Made by a program: the position numbers and the translations under genes. From Heterodontus francisci (lineage: Eukaryota), in contig NC_090375.1 of assembly GCF_036365525.1 (NCBI RefSeq), forward strand, positions 77,171,402 to 77,235,401: 64,000 nucleotides of DNA, read 5' to 3'. The notes under the pieces were generated by a model. The model ran no database searches and was not told the DNA's origin. It worked only from the letters and a program-made list of their open reading frames with translations. Position 1 is the stretch's first letter, and each line of letters begins with the position of its first letter. Below are positions 1 to 12,594 of the stretch, one piece after another.

Positions 1-564
1 TGTATATTCAAACTATCTTACTATCGGTTAAGGACAGAAGGATATATTCCAAGCTAAGAGGTGTCAATTGCATCCAGCCTGAACCCATCGAGACATTTTT
101 GAATTGAATGGTTTCTTCTGAAACAAAAAAGGTGTTATGTAGCCACATCCTAGTCCATTGTTGGTCACCACAGGGAGTGGGCTCTGAATCTCCCAACAAA
201 GACAACATGCGAGAGATTTTTGACCTTGAAAAGAAGCTCTCCAGAGAGAGGGGGGGAGACCAGATCAAACTTCACAAAAGCCTCTGGCCGAGCGCTGTGA
301 GAGATCCGGTGAAAGCCAAAGGAGGAGCCCTGGTGTTAATTCTACATTTCATCTTGTTGTAGAAGAGAACTGAAAATGATCACTGTCTCCAGACTGAAGT
401 CTCAACCACCAGAAAAATCTACAAACAACTCAGGCCTGCAACTCCAGAAGAGAAATTAACCTCTGAGAAGATTTAACAGGTTTACCGTGAACCCTGAACA
501 TCTACCTCACTTAAAACCACTTACCCTTTTCCTTACTATCTATTCGGGTGTGTGGTATGTGTAC

Positions 565-617
<53 letters not shown>

Positions 618-900
618 AGTGAGAGAGTGAGAGAGTGAGAGAGTGAGAGAGTGAGAGAGTGAGAGTGTGAGAGAGTGAGAGAATGCATGTGTGGGTGCAG
701 TTGTGACCATTTTGGGAATGAATATTGGTCAATAAAGAGTTAATATTCTGTTTTAAACCTACAAGAAAACCTGTCACTGTCTGTTTGCTTGACAAATAAA
801 ACACAAGGGGTTAAAATCCTAGTAACAAAACCACTTGCTGCGGTCAGTTGGGAGGTGAACAGTGGGAAGCACCCACACCCCTCACCAGCCGACCGTAACA
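1..900 (+). mobile_element. LTR (5' end outside window) of a Gypsy/Gmr1-like LTR retrotransposon
   Basis: Ends GACCGTAACA at 900, identical to the LTR end at 45387-45396. AATAAA at 731. Followed by a gag-like start at 1052. Confidence 0.7.
567..681 (+). repeat. (GAGAGT)n / GA-rich microsatellite inside the LTR
   Basis: Direct reading of tandem GAGAGT and GAGAGAGT units. Confidence 0.95.
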
Positions 901-1051
901 CATTGGGCACTTGAAGCTGGCATCTGAACCATTAGATATGCAAGAGATTTGGAAACGGGAGGAAAATTGACCTCTAAAACTGTGGAAAAGTAAGCAAACA
1001 GGTCTTCTTGTATTCTTCTGTTTTTTCTCCACGATTCCAGAAGCAAAAGAG

Positions 1052-1195
1052 ATGGCCACATTTAATGCTGAAGAGTTTGTAGAGCAGGGTGACGTATCCC
1101 ATGATAAATTAAATAAATTAAACATTGAAGATTTAAAAAGGTTAGCTTGTCCAGCTGGGAATCACTTTTGAACAGAAAGTAAAGAAACCTGAAAT
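1052..1195 (+). pseudogene. Truncated gag N-terminus (Gmr1-like)
   Basis: MATFNAEEFVEQGDVSHDKLNKLNIEDLKRLA about 150 bp after the LTR end, positionally and loosely similar to gag at 45535. Cut off by Penelope sequence. Confidence 0.55.
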
Positions 1196-1224
1196 GGTTT
1201 CTCTCTCTGTGCAGAGAGAAACAG

Positions 1225-1261
1225 AGTTAACATTTCAGGTTTGTAACCTTTCATCAGAGCT
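1225..1261 (-). ncRNA. Minimal type I hammerhead ribozyme motif in Penelope terminus
   Basis: Reverse complement AGCT-CTGATGA-A-AGGTT-ACA-AACCT-GAAA-TGTT-AACT: intact core, stem II AGGTT/AACCT, loopless stem III. Confidence 0.7.
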
Positions 1262-1515
1262 GGCAAAAGTTAGAAATGTAACAGACTTTGAGCAGGTGAA
1301 AAGGGACATGGCGGGGGGGAGCGGCAGGGGGAAGAACAAGAAAGAAGGACTGTGATAGGACAGGGGGTGGGGAGGAGGGGGGGGGGGGAAGAGATTAAAT
1401 GACATACATGTCATGGAACAAAATGCAAATGTAGTGCTAAATAGTTGTAGTGAAAGACAAAGCTTGAGTCCAGAGAGAGTGCTAATGGCAGAATACTGAA
1501 CAGCTCTGTACGGAA

Positions 1516-2558
1516 TGTTACGTGAGCGCTTCTATTTTACTTTGTACAATATGTTTTAAGAAATTATTGTGGACACTGATTTATATGGAATCTATATTTT
1601 AAAACTGAAGAGGCTGAACTTTGGGTGTTTTTCTTAAAAGGAAGGTCAACAGAAGGTTGACCAGTAAACAAATCTTACTGGAATGCACATGTTTGCAAAG
1701 AACCCAGCAGAGGGTTGTGTTTTGACCTGAAGAGTTATTTGCTTTTTGACAAGTCAGAATTTATGGCAGTCATAGGATTTGCCTCTGGAAAGGTTTTAGT
1801 TTTCATTTTTGAACTGTTAAAAAGCCAGTTGATTTGGCTAAAAACAGGCAGTTAGTGTTTGCTTATTTACCTGCCAGGAGAACAGAAGCTCCAGCCAGCT
1901 GATATCTCTCTCTCTTTGAAGACTCCTGCATTTTTGAAGAATCCCTGCACTTGAAAAGCAAATCATGCATCAAGTTGTACTGTTGCCTCCTGTATTTGAA
2001 AAAGTTCTGCATCTTTGAAGGAACTTTGCATCGAATGTGAGCGAATTGAAACCTTTGTTGCTGCGCACCCGAAACCTATGTGAAGCCTTCTGTAGCTGAA
2101 TCGCTTTAAATGCCTACCCAAGCAGACCATCAACTTCACCTGGAAGTAGGCAGCTGCCTATTCGCCTTTGGGACTCCTCATCAAAAACCAAAGACATCTA
2201 CCATACATACTTGAAGTTATTGTTTTCCTTTGATTTCTTTGTAACAGCTGTAAACTTTTACTTCCCAGTTAACCAGTTGTGTATGTGAATGCATGTGAGG
2301 CCTAGGATAAAATAAGGGGCTTTAATATTTCCATTTGTGCATATGTTTTACTTCATTATTGTTTAGGATTTGGTTTATAATAAATGGATATTTTTTTTTG
2401 TTTATTAAAGAAACCCGGTTGGTGTGCTTTATTCTGGGAAAAAATAGAGTGAGCATCTGATTGATTGTTTTGGTAATGGAAAAATTTAAATATATGTTGT
2501 GACCTGTGGAGAAGTGGGACTGAATTAACAGTGTACTCCTCCCACCTTGGTCAGAACA
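1516..2558 (+). mobile_element. Solo LTR (Gypsy-like) inserted in Penelope element
   Basis: Starts TGTTACG, ends CAGAACA. About 1.04 kb with layout like LTR 44291-45396. Penelope sequence resumes on both sides. Flanks GGAA/GAAA (imperfect 4-bp TSD). Confidence 0.75.
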
Positions 2559-3569
2559 GAAAGCAAAAACATGAAAAATAAGTTTAAGACTAACACATGG
2601 TTCAAAAATAACTTTAAAAGAATATATATCTGTATGTAAAGAAATAAGATTAAAATATTTGTAATAAAGAAGAAATAATGGGGCTCATGGTCTGAAATTA
2701 TTGAACTCAATATTGAATCCAGAAGGTTGTAGAGTGCCTAATCGGAAGATGAGGTGCTGTTCCTCGAGCTTGTGTTGATGTTCACTGGAATACTGCAAAA
2801 TGTGGGCATGAGAACAAGGTGGTGAATTAAAATGGCAAGATACCGGAAGCTCGGGATCACGCTTGCAAAGCGAGCGGAAGTGTTCTGCAAAGTGATCACC
2901 CAATCTGCATTTGTCTCCCCAATGTAGAGAAGACTGCACTGTGAGCAGTTAATACAGTATACTAAACTGAAAGAAGTACAAGTAAATCCTTGCTTCACCT
3001 GGAAGAAGCACTTGGGGCCTTGGACGGTGAGAAGAGAGGAGGTAAAAGGGCAGGTATTACACCTCCGCACATGACGTCTGATTCAGAGTTCCAACAGTTA
3101 CCATGGGTACTCGCGGTACAGGAGAGGTCACCTGACCTCTTACTCTCTTGTCTTGCAGCAACAGTGTCCATCTTGGAGTTAAATTCCTCAGTTTATTTTT
3201 ATAGTTCATAATTGCTCCTTGTGTGAGCATGTAAAGTCACATGCTCAAATTCTATGTTTTTTTGCCAATCAGCAAGTTTTCATCAATAATCTCAGCATTT
3301 AAAAATTCTAGATTATTTTTCCTATTTTCAATGAAGTTTAGTCCTGACTCTCTCTTGATGATTTACAATCTAAGTCTCGGTAGCATGTTGGACACAGCTG
3401 AAAAACTTCTCCAATGCAACAATGGGCAGAATTTTTTTTTAAACTGATCTGACCTTCAGGGAGCAGATCAGTTGAAAGGTGTGGGAAAGCACAATTTGGG
3501 ATTCCCAAACACTGTGGAGCTTTAACGGACGTCATTCAACAGGTTCCTCACCCACAGACCCACCCCGAC

Positions 3570-4148
3570 TGACAGATTTGACAGGAGTTGCAGAATTGAT
3601 CAGCAATGGGGAATGGGGAGAATCTGTTGAACAGGTTGGGTGAGCAGGGTCCTGTTGAGAGTGGGGAGGGAGAAAATCAGGGTCTCATGGTGGAGGAGAA
3701 TTGGGGCTTGGTGGTGGGGAGATCAGAGATTGTTGCGGGGGGGGTGGGGGTGGGGGGAGGGTGGTGGTGGGAAGGTCATTGGGCAGGGTGCACCATCACA
3801 GCGGCTTCATAGACAGGCACCTAGATTCAGGAAGTAGGCGTAAAGACATTTACCTCCTGAATTCACGAAGTCCTCACCTCAAGGAAGCTGATGGGTTACC
3901 TGGTGCGAAAGAAACCCGGCCAACAGCAGTTAAAGTTTAAAATCTGCATGGCAATGAGGCTCACAACCTCATTATCATTTTTAAAGTTGTAACCTGCCTC
4001 CTTGGATCAGGTTGGTTGCCCACCCAACTTCCTCAGTTAAAACCAGAAATGGAGGGTTGGAGGTGGGTTTGGGTCATAAACATATTTTTGAGCCTTGGAA
4101 TTCCCCCTCACTCAACCTAAACATGCCCTTTAAGTTAAAATTTAGTCC
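3570..4148. mobile_element. Probable non-autonomous DNA transposon remnant (Harbinger-MITE-like)
   Basis: G-rich/C-rich arms and TTAAAATTTAGTCC-type end resembling other Harbinger ends in this window. No TSD found. Confidence 0.35.
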
Positions 4149-4211
4149 AATACCTTTTTGATAAGATGCCTCAAACTACACAAATACTCCAAACTGTGGT
4201 CTCATCAACGA

Positions 4212-7200
4212 ACATATCTGTAGAAGCTTGAGCTTCAGGATTCGGAGCTCGGGCGGCGGCTGGAGACACTGTGGCGCATCTGCGAGGTGGAGGACTACGT
4301 AGATAGCACATTTCAGGAGGGGGTCAACCCAGTGCCTAAGCGAGCACAGTCAGAGGGGGACTGGATAGCTGCCAGACGGACAAGAAGGTCAGGGCAGGTA
4401 GTGCAGGAGTCCCTGGAGGGCAGCCCACTTTCTAACTAGCATTCAGTTCTAAGTACTGATGGGAAGGAGGGTTAATCGGTAAAGTGCAGTGAGTGTCATG
4501 ACCGGAACATCATGGGTGACTCAGCTGTGCTGGGAGGGAGGGAAAAGGGCAAGAGAGCAATAGAGGTAGGGAATTTTATGGTCAGAGGAACAGATAGGCG
4601 TTTGTGGTCACAGAAGTGATTTCAGGATGGTATGTTGCCTCCCTGGTGCAAGGGTCATGGATATCGCCGAGCAGCGACAGAGCATTCTGGAGGGCGAAGG
4701 TGCATAGCGGGAGGTCGTGGTCCACATTGGTACCAACGATATAGCAAGAAAGAGGGATAGGGTCTTGAAGGCTGAGTTTAGGGAGTTGGGAAAGAGATTA
4801 GCTAGCAGGACAACAAGGGTAATAATCTCCAGATTACTCCCAAGGCCATGTGCTAGTGAGTTTAGTAATAGGAAAATACACCAGATAAATGCATGGCTGG
4901 AGAGATGGTGCAGGAGGGAGGCTTCAGATTTCCGGGGCATTGGGACCAGTTCTGGGGTAGGTGGGACCTGTACAAGCCAGATGATCTGCACCTGAACAGG
5001 ACTGGGACAAATATCCTGGCAGGAAGGTTTGCTAGTGCTGTTGGGGATGGTTTAAACTAGATTGTCAGGGGGGTGGGAACCTGAGCATAGTCTTAGATAG
5101 GACAATTTCAGGGCAGGAAACAGGATGCAGAAAATTAGCAAAATTGGTGAGTGACTCTAAAAGGCAGAAGAAGCAAAGGTTAAAAAGTGTGCAACACAGG
5201 AATTTGGCAGTGTTAAAGGGTATTTATTTAAATACAAGGAGTATAGTTAATAAAGCAGATGAGTTGAGATCACAGATAGACATATTGCAACACGATAGCG
5301 TTGCTATAATGGAAACTTGGCTTAAGGAGGGGCAAGAATGGCAGCTCAACATCCCTGAATTTAGAGTATTCAAGCATGCTAGAGAGGGAGATTAAAAAAA
5401 AGGGAGGGGGTAGCATTATTTGTCAAGGAATCAATAACAGCTTTGAGAAGGGATGATATGCTAAATGAATCAAACGAGGCCATATGGGTGGAGCTCAGAA
5501 ATAAAAAGGGGGCAACCACATTACTGGGAGTGTACTATAGAGTCCCAAATAGTGAGAGATAGAGGAACAAATATGTCGGCAAATTTCCGATTGCAATAAC
5601 TTTAGGGCCGTGATGGTTGGGAATTTCAACTGCCCCAATATCGACTGGGATACAAACAGTGAAAAGTGCACAGAGGGGACAAAATATTCAAACTGCATTC
5701 ATGAGAACTTTTTTAGCCAGCACGTAACATGCCTAACAAGACGGGGCGCAACTCTAGATTTAGTTTTCGGTAATGAAGCTGGGCAAGTGGATGAAGTAAC
5801 AGCGGGAGACCATTTTGGAGATAGTGACCATAATAGTTACTTTTAGCATAATCGTAGAAAAGGACAAAGATAAAACAGGAGCAAAGGTTTTAAATTGGGG
5901 GAACGCAAATGTTATGAAACTGATAGGTGACCTGGCGAAGATGTACTGGACACGGCTACTTGAAGGAAAATCAGGGGCAAACCAGTGGGAGTCTTCAAGA
6001 GCAAGATACGACAGGCACAGTATAGGCATGTCCCCACAAAGATAAAGGTTGGTACTGCCAAATCTAGAGCTCCCTGGTTATCTAGAAGCTTACAGGTTAA
6101 GTTGAAGCAAAAAAAGAAAGCTTAGGATGATCACAAATATCTTAATACTTTAAAAAGCCTAGAGGAGTATAGAAAGTGCAGGGGTGAACTAAAAAAGGAA
6201 ATTAGAAAAGCAAAGAGAGGATGAAAAATTATTGGCAGGTAAAATCAAGGAAAACCCAAAGATGTTTTATCAGTACATTAAGAGTAAAAGGATAACTAAG
6301 GAAAGGGTAGAGCCTCTCAGTGATGTACAAGGGAACTTATGCATGGATGCAGAAGATGTGGGCAGGGTTCTTAACTAGTTTTTTGTCTCTGTCTTCACAG
6401 AGGAGAGTTGATGCAGACATTGTAGTTAAAGAGGAGTGTGAAATATTAGAAAAGATAAGCATAATGAGAGGGGAAGTGCTTGAAAGTCTGACATCCCTGA
6501 AAGTGAATAAATCACTGGATGTTTTGCATCCCAGGCTGTTAAAGGAAGCCAGGGAGGAAATAACAGATGCGCTGAGGATCGTCTTCAAATCCTCACTAGA
6601 TACAGGCGAGGTACCAGAGGATTGGAGGTCTGCAAACGTTGTACCATTGTTTAAAAATGGTGTGAGGGATAAGCCAGGTAATTATAGGCCAGTCACTCTG
6701 ACCTCAGTGGTGGATAAATGATTAGAATCTATTCTGAGGGACAGGATAAACTGTCACTTAGAAAGGCATGGAGTAATCAGAAATAGCTAGCATTGATTTG
6801 TTAAGGGAAGGTCATGTCTTACTAACTTGGTTAAGTTTTTTGAGGAAGTAACAAGGAGGATTGATGAGGGTAGTGCGGTGGATGTGGTTTACATGGATTT
6901 TAGTAAGGCATTTGACAAGGTCCCACATGGCAGACTGGTCAGTAAAATGAAAGCCCATGGGATACAGGGGAAGGTGGCAGATTGGATCCAAAATTGGCTC
7001 AGTGACAGGAAACAAAGGGTAGTAGTCGACGGATGTTTTTGTCAATGAAAAGCGGTTTCCAGTGGCGTTCCACAGGGCACAGTGTTGGGTCCCTTGCTGT
7101 TTGTGGTATATATTAAATGATTTGGTCTTAAATGTGGGAGGCACGATTGGGAAATTTGCTGATGACAATAATTGGCCGTGTTGTTAATAGTGAGGAGGAG

Positions 7201-8056
7201 AGTCATGAACTCTAGAATTATATCAATGGTTTGGCTGAGTGGGTGAAAAAGTGGCAAATGGAATTCAATCCTGAGAAGTGTGAGGTGATGTATTTTGGGA
7301 GGGCAAATAAAGCGAGGGAATATACAATAAATGGGAGGGTATTGAGAGGTGTAGAAGAAGTAAGAGGCCTTGTCCACAGGTCCCTGAAGGCGACAGGACA
7401 AGTAGAGAGAGTGATGAAGAAGGTATATGGATTGCTTTCCTTTATTGGCCGAGATATAGAGTACAAAAGCAGGGAAATGATGTTGGAGCTCTATAGAGCG
7501 CTAATTAGGCTGCAGCTGGAGGAATGCGTACAGTTCTGGTCACCACATTACAGAAAGGATATAATTGCTCTGGAAAGAGTGCAGAGGAGATTTACAAGAA
7601 TGTTGCCAGGGCTGGAGGATTGCAGCAATGAGGAAAGATTGGATAGGTTGGGGTTGCTTTTCCTGGAATTGAGGAGACTGAGGGGTGACTTGATCGAGGT
7701 GTACAAAAGTATGAGGGGCCTGGATAGAGTAGAAAGGAAGGACCCGTTTCCCCTGGCGGGGAGGTCAATTACCAGGGGACACAAATTTAAGGTGATTGGT
7801 AGATGGATTAGAGGGGACATGAGGAGAAATATTTTCACCCAGAGGGTGGTGGGTGTCTGGAATTCACTGCCAGGAATGGTGGTGGAGGCAGAGACCCTCA
7901 ATTCTTTTAAAAGGTACCTGGACATGCACCTAACATGCTGTAACCTGCGGGGCTATGGACCAGGTGCTGGAAGGTGGGATTAGTTTAGGTAGATAGCTTA
8001 TTCGGCTGGCGCAGACACAATAGACTTCTTGTGTGCTTTTTTTTCCTATTTGTTCT
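4212..8056 (+). mobile_element. CR1 LINE, 5'-truncated in ORF1, degenerate ORF1 esterase and ORF2 APE-RT
   Basis: VVHIGTNDI esterase, YLNTRSI...ETWL APE, YMDFSKAFDKVPH, KWQMEFNPEKC, HKFKV...FTQRVV. TSD ATCAAcGA (4204-4211) / ATCAAtGA (8057-8064). Sits inside an older minus-strand CR1 fragment (about 4150-4211 and 8057-8165, NCILGFISRAFEY). Confidence 0.95.
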
Positions 8057-10392
8057 ATCAATGATTTAAACAAACATAGAACAACTTGATATGAGACATA
8101 CTCAAATGCCCTTGAGATAAATCCTAAAATGCAATTAGGCCCATTGAAACAGGCACATTTGTGCATCTGTCATATCAGTCCAAGGGTCTGTTTGGGGGGG
8201 GAAGGGGGGGGAAAGTAGGCTGCTGTTCCTTTGAGCTCAGCCATTACTCAAATCAAAAATGGCAGTCTGGCTGGAGCAGAAGCACCACATTTAATTATCA
8301 CATTTGTAATTCTGATTCGACTACACTAAATTTTAGCAGACAGCTCCATTTATATCCAAATACAGCACAAGAATAGCAAGAAAATTGAAACATAGTCGCC
8401 AAGAATTTAAAATCAGGCTAGCTGTAAATGGGGCAATCCATCTGATCATGCCAGTTTTCCATTGGGAGGGTAGGTTATATTACCCCCTCTAGAATCTCAG
8501 AATTTAAAATCTCAGAAACCAAACCAAGCAGGGGTGTCCCTGCTGTTACAGAAATTGTAATGATAATTGCGATGATCATGTATTGTTGGATATAACCAAA
8601 GAGAAAGGTTCCAGGCAAGTACTGCATTATTCAAATACAATCTGTGCATTTATAGGAACACAGCATTTAGCATCCAACATGCAAATCATATTCAATCTAA
8701 CGTTTTTAATTCTATTTTTCTGTAATAAAAGGTGAAGCAACACAAACTTTGATTAAGCTGAATTTTTGCTGCTTTATCAGAAATGCATTTGCAACACAGG
8801 GAGATTTGACTGGGAAACTGTTCGTGGATTGATCCATTTCCTATTCAGAAACAGATTACATTGCCATGAATATAGAACCAGAGGGAGTACGAGTGTAATT
8901 TGAGACAATGAACACATCATACCAATGATGATACATGCTCAATATTTCAATCTATTTTATTTATAACCTCCATTTTGTGCTGCTTCTTCTGCTTCTCAGA
9001 GCACTGTAATGAAAAGAACCGAATAGATAATGTTCCATCTCCATCAACGTAAAATGTTTAAACAGGCATGAATAATCTGATAATTTGACATTTAATTTGC
9101 TGGACTGATGGGACTTTAAGTATCGCATTTGCCCTGCTAGCTTTGTCGGACTGGATATTTCTTCCATTTTAATTAACCTTGTGAACAGAATGATGAGTAA
9201 TGAAGCATTTACTAGTGGATTCTGTTTTTTTTGTAAAAGTCATTATATTTTTCTGCTGATATGCTACGCAGTTTAAATGAACCTTTCTTCTTTTATTGCT
9301 GTTCACAGATGTGATGGCTGTCAGCTAAATCTGTAATATAATGGTATATCTCACCAACCTCTAGTTGAACTGATTTTGACAATTACTCGACAGTGAATGT
9401 CTTGGCTATAGACTTGACTGATGGCAAAATGTTCTGAAAGTTTGCTGTGACATCTCGTGAATGCAGGTTTATGGACTAAAATTACAGTCACGGCATTTGA
9501 TGTGGTAGGAGTTACACATTACAAAATTCCTCTTTGGACAGCTGGAGTATTATCAAGGGAAATAACTAAGTTCCAGGAAAGCTCTCTAAACAATCAAATA
9601 TAGTTAACTGGCATCATTTGCTTGGCGTTGTAGCCACATAATTTATGCTATTTTTCTATAAAATTAATAGTCAATAACAAATGAGTAGGCATTCTGAGAC
9701 TTTTGCTACAACAGGAACTGTTTTGGCACAAAGCAATGGTGAGAGCTATAACAAAAACTGGTTTGCTATTTAACAAAAGTCTGATATCCACATCGTCAAG
9801 TTCATTATTGCCAATGGATTAAGGAACTTCAAAATTATATTCAGCCAACAGGTACATAATACAAATATACATAAAATAAAATGTAAATTGATGCTTAATT
9901 TTTTTTTTTTTAGAGTCCTATCAATGAATTATCTCATTGCATTGTGATCATGTTTCCTGGACTGCCAATAGGAGTGCTTATTACTTTAATATTGAGAGAC
10001 ATGTCAAAAGGTTGACTTTATTGTGTTCATAACTGACCCATATCAGTCGATAACATCCTGTTCTATGAATGGCTGGACAATCAGTCTTTACTGCTTGTAT
10101 AGTGAGAGGCCAATTTTGAACAATGTGCGGACCCTTTTCAGAACTGAGTAGAGTATTTCTACATCATAAAATTAAAGCGAAACGGTATAAAAATAAATTA
10201 AAGCCAGTCAAATTTGATCAGAGTGAGTGGGGAAGAGGAGTAAGTGCGAAGGTTAGCATTGAGTAGAAATGTCTACTTCTGACATTTGAGTAGATTATTG
10301 CTGTAAAATGATGGTGTTTATCAGTGTCATATTGAAGGCTTAATAGACATTGGATCAGAGCGGAATTCTCTGGTACTGCTGAGCATCTAAGA

Positions 10393-10997
10393 TAGGTGCT
10401 CACATATCTCTGTTTACCAAGGACAGTCCCTGGATGAGGTACTGTGTCCCTGGGCAAACAAGGGCCCCAGAAGAGTCTCCGTGGTTCACAAACTCATCCC
10501 GAATACCTTAACTGGCCTAATTGCAACTTGCAAAAAGCTATGTCCACACTCAGGGACTCAGAGGCAGACCAATCAACAGAGCCCACTGCTGATTGACAGA
10601 TTAGTCTGTTGCTGCCAATAGACAGAGATAATGAAAGGGTGGATCACCATTTGTTGTCAGCTGAATTGCTTTAAACAGAATGGCTTTTGTCTGGATAGAC
10701 AGACTATCAGGTGAATGCTGGTTATTGGGTGGCTGTGTTTGTGGGGGAGTTGTCATGGTAGTGCTGTCTGTGTGAACCAGAGACTGGGGACTGGGAACAC
10801 TGAGGGTGCATCAATGCACGGAGTGCAAGGGCTTTAGTGTCTCCCTCTGTAACTCGGCAGAAAGGGCTCGGTAACTCCATCCTCTGAGAACAGTGTCAGT
10901 CTGAAGCTGAACATGGCTGTGTGTGCGCATGTGTATATAGATGCTGTGCTCCCACCCTGTGCATCCCCAGATTCGGTTTAGAAAATATGGTCATTCA
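10393..10997. mobile_element. Degenerate hAT-type MITE
   Basis: Ends TAGGTGCTCACATAT...ATATGGTCATTCA resemble TAGGGTGACCATA-type TIRs. No clean TSD. Confidence 0.4.
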
Positions 10998-11649
10998 GTC
11001 AAGTGACTGAAGTTGCAAAGTTTCAAACTACAGTGGCTGTTAGGTCCAAAAGCATCATGACGGATCCTTAAAAGTAGGATACCATAAGTGATTAAACCAA
11101 TTGCGCTTCCATTTGGTTTTAATTAATAATAACAGGATTGAAGATTAAACTACTTTGATTACTATAAAGACACACTCACCTTAGCCACTATGTGTGGAAA
11201 TGTCATCATAGACACTTGGAATAATGACAATAACAGCATTAGCATGCCATGGACATGCTCAAAATAGATTTTCAACAATCAATTTAATAAAGACAAAAGA
11301 AAAACAATTTCAAAGGTCAACTTATTTCATGGTATAATAATCAGATGTTAAAAGTCAAAGATTGTGCAAATTATCAGCCATGCAGAGTAAAATGAGTCGG
11401 CGTAAACACATTCGTCATAGCTGTAACATTGGTTTCGTGGATATTTTCATAAAACCAATTAAAAAGCACCCAGTGCAGAAGCAACAATTAAAAGAAAGTG
11501 CTCTTGTCTGCAAGCAGAAGTGCACTTGATATTCAGACAGTTCTACTGTGACAGAATTTCTGAAAACGTCTGCTAAAAGGTTACCATCTACACTTCAATC
11601 TCAGTGTTATATTTTCCAAAAAGAAGCTTCAGGGTTAATAACTATGTAC

Positions 11650-12594
11650 ATCATCGACAGGTTTGCGGCTGCCTGCAATGAATTTGGCCTAACCATCAGC
11701 CTCAAGAAAACGAACATCATGGGGCAGGACGTCAGAAATGCTCCATCCATCAATATTGGCAACCACGCTCTGGAAGTGGTTCAAGAGTTCACCTACCTAG
11801 GCTCAACTATCACCAGTAACCTGTTTCTAGATGCAGAAGTCAACAAGCACATGGGAAAGGCTTCCACTGCTATGTCCAGACTGGCCAAGAGAGTGTGGGA
11901 AAATGGCGCACTGACACGGAACACAAAAGTCCGAGTGTATCAAGCCTGTGTCCTCAGTACCTTGCTCTATGGCAGCGAGGCCTGGAAAATGTATGTCAGC
12001 CAAGAGTGACGTCTCAATTCATTCCATCTTCGCTGCCTCCGGAGAATACTTGGCATCAGGTGGCAGGACTGTATCTCCAACACAAAGGTCCTTGAGGCGG
12101 CCAACATCCCCAGCTTATACACACTACTGAGTCAGCAGCGCTTGAGATGGCTTGGCCATGTGAGCCGCATGGAAGATGGCAGGATCCCCAAAGACACATT
12201 GTACAGCGAGCTCGCCACTGGTATCAGACCCACCAGCCGTCCATGTCTCCGCTTTAAAGACGTCTGCAAACGTGACATGAAGTCCTATGACATTGATCAC
12301 AAGTCGTGGGAGTCAGTTGCCAGCGTTTGCCAGAGCTGGCGGGCAGCCATAAAGGCAGGGCTAAAGTGTGGCGAGTCGAAAAGACTTAGCAGTTGGCAGG
12401 AAAAAAGACAGAGGCGCAAGGGGAGAGCCAACTGTGTAACAGCCCCGACAAACAAATTTTTCTGCAGCACCTGTGGAAGAGCCTGTCACTCTAGAATTGG
12501 CCTTTATAGCCCCTCCAGGCACTGCTCCACACACCACTGACCACCTCCAGGCGCTTACCCATTGTCTCTCGAGATAAGGAGGCCAAAGAAAGAA
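11650..12594 (+). mobile_element. RTE-clade (BovB-like) LINE, 5'-truncated
   Basis: FGLTISLKKT, FTYLGS, TKVRVYQACVLSTLLYGSEAW, RWLGHVSRMEDGRIPK, C-terminal CSTCGRACHSRIGL. Short 3' UTR ending AAAGAAAGAA. Confidence 0.93.

Larger units (their letters stand above)
1200..3070 (-). mobile_element. Penelope-like element (GIY-YIG endonuclease end plus terminal repeat), split by a solo LTR
   Basis: Minus-strand ORFs 2738-3070 and 2685-2939: RCNTCPF...VYCINCSQCSLLYIGET...RLGDHFAEH...PVSCHFN...LEEQHLIFRLGTLQPSGFN. Homologous to 25114-26631. Confidence 0.9.

Noticed and set aside
511-804. ORF with TLTLTL/SLSH repeats
   Set aside because: Translation of the (GAGAGT)n microsatellite.
901-925. PBS after the first LTR
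   Set aside because: TTGGGCACTTGAAGCTGGCAT is too diverged to assign to a tRNA.
8780-8903. Acceptor-like AG followed by about 40 open codons (KCICNTGRFDWETVRGLIHF...)
   Set aside because: No recognisable homology and a length expected by chance.
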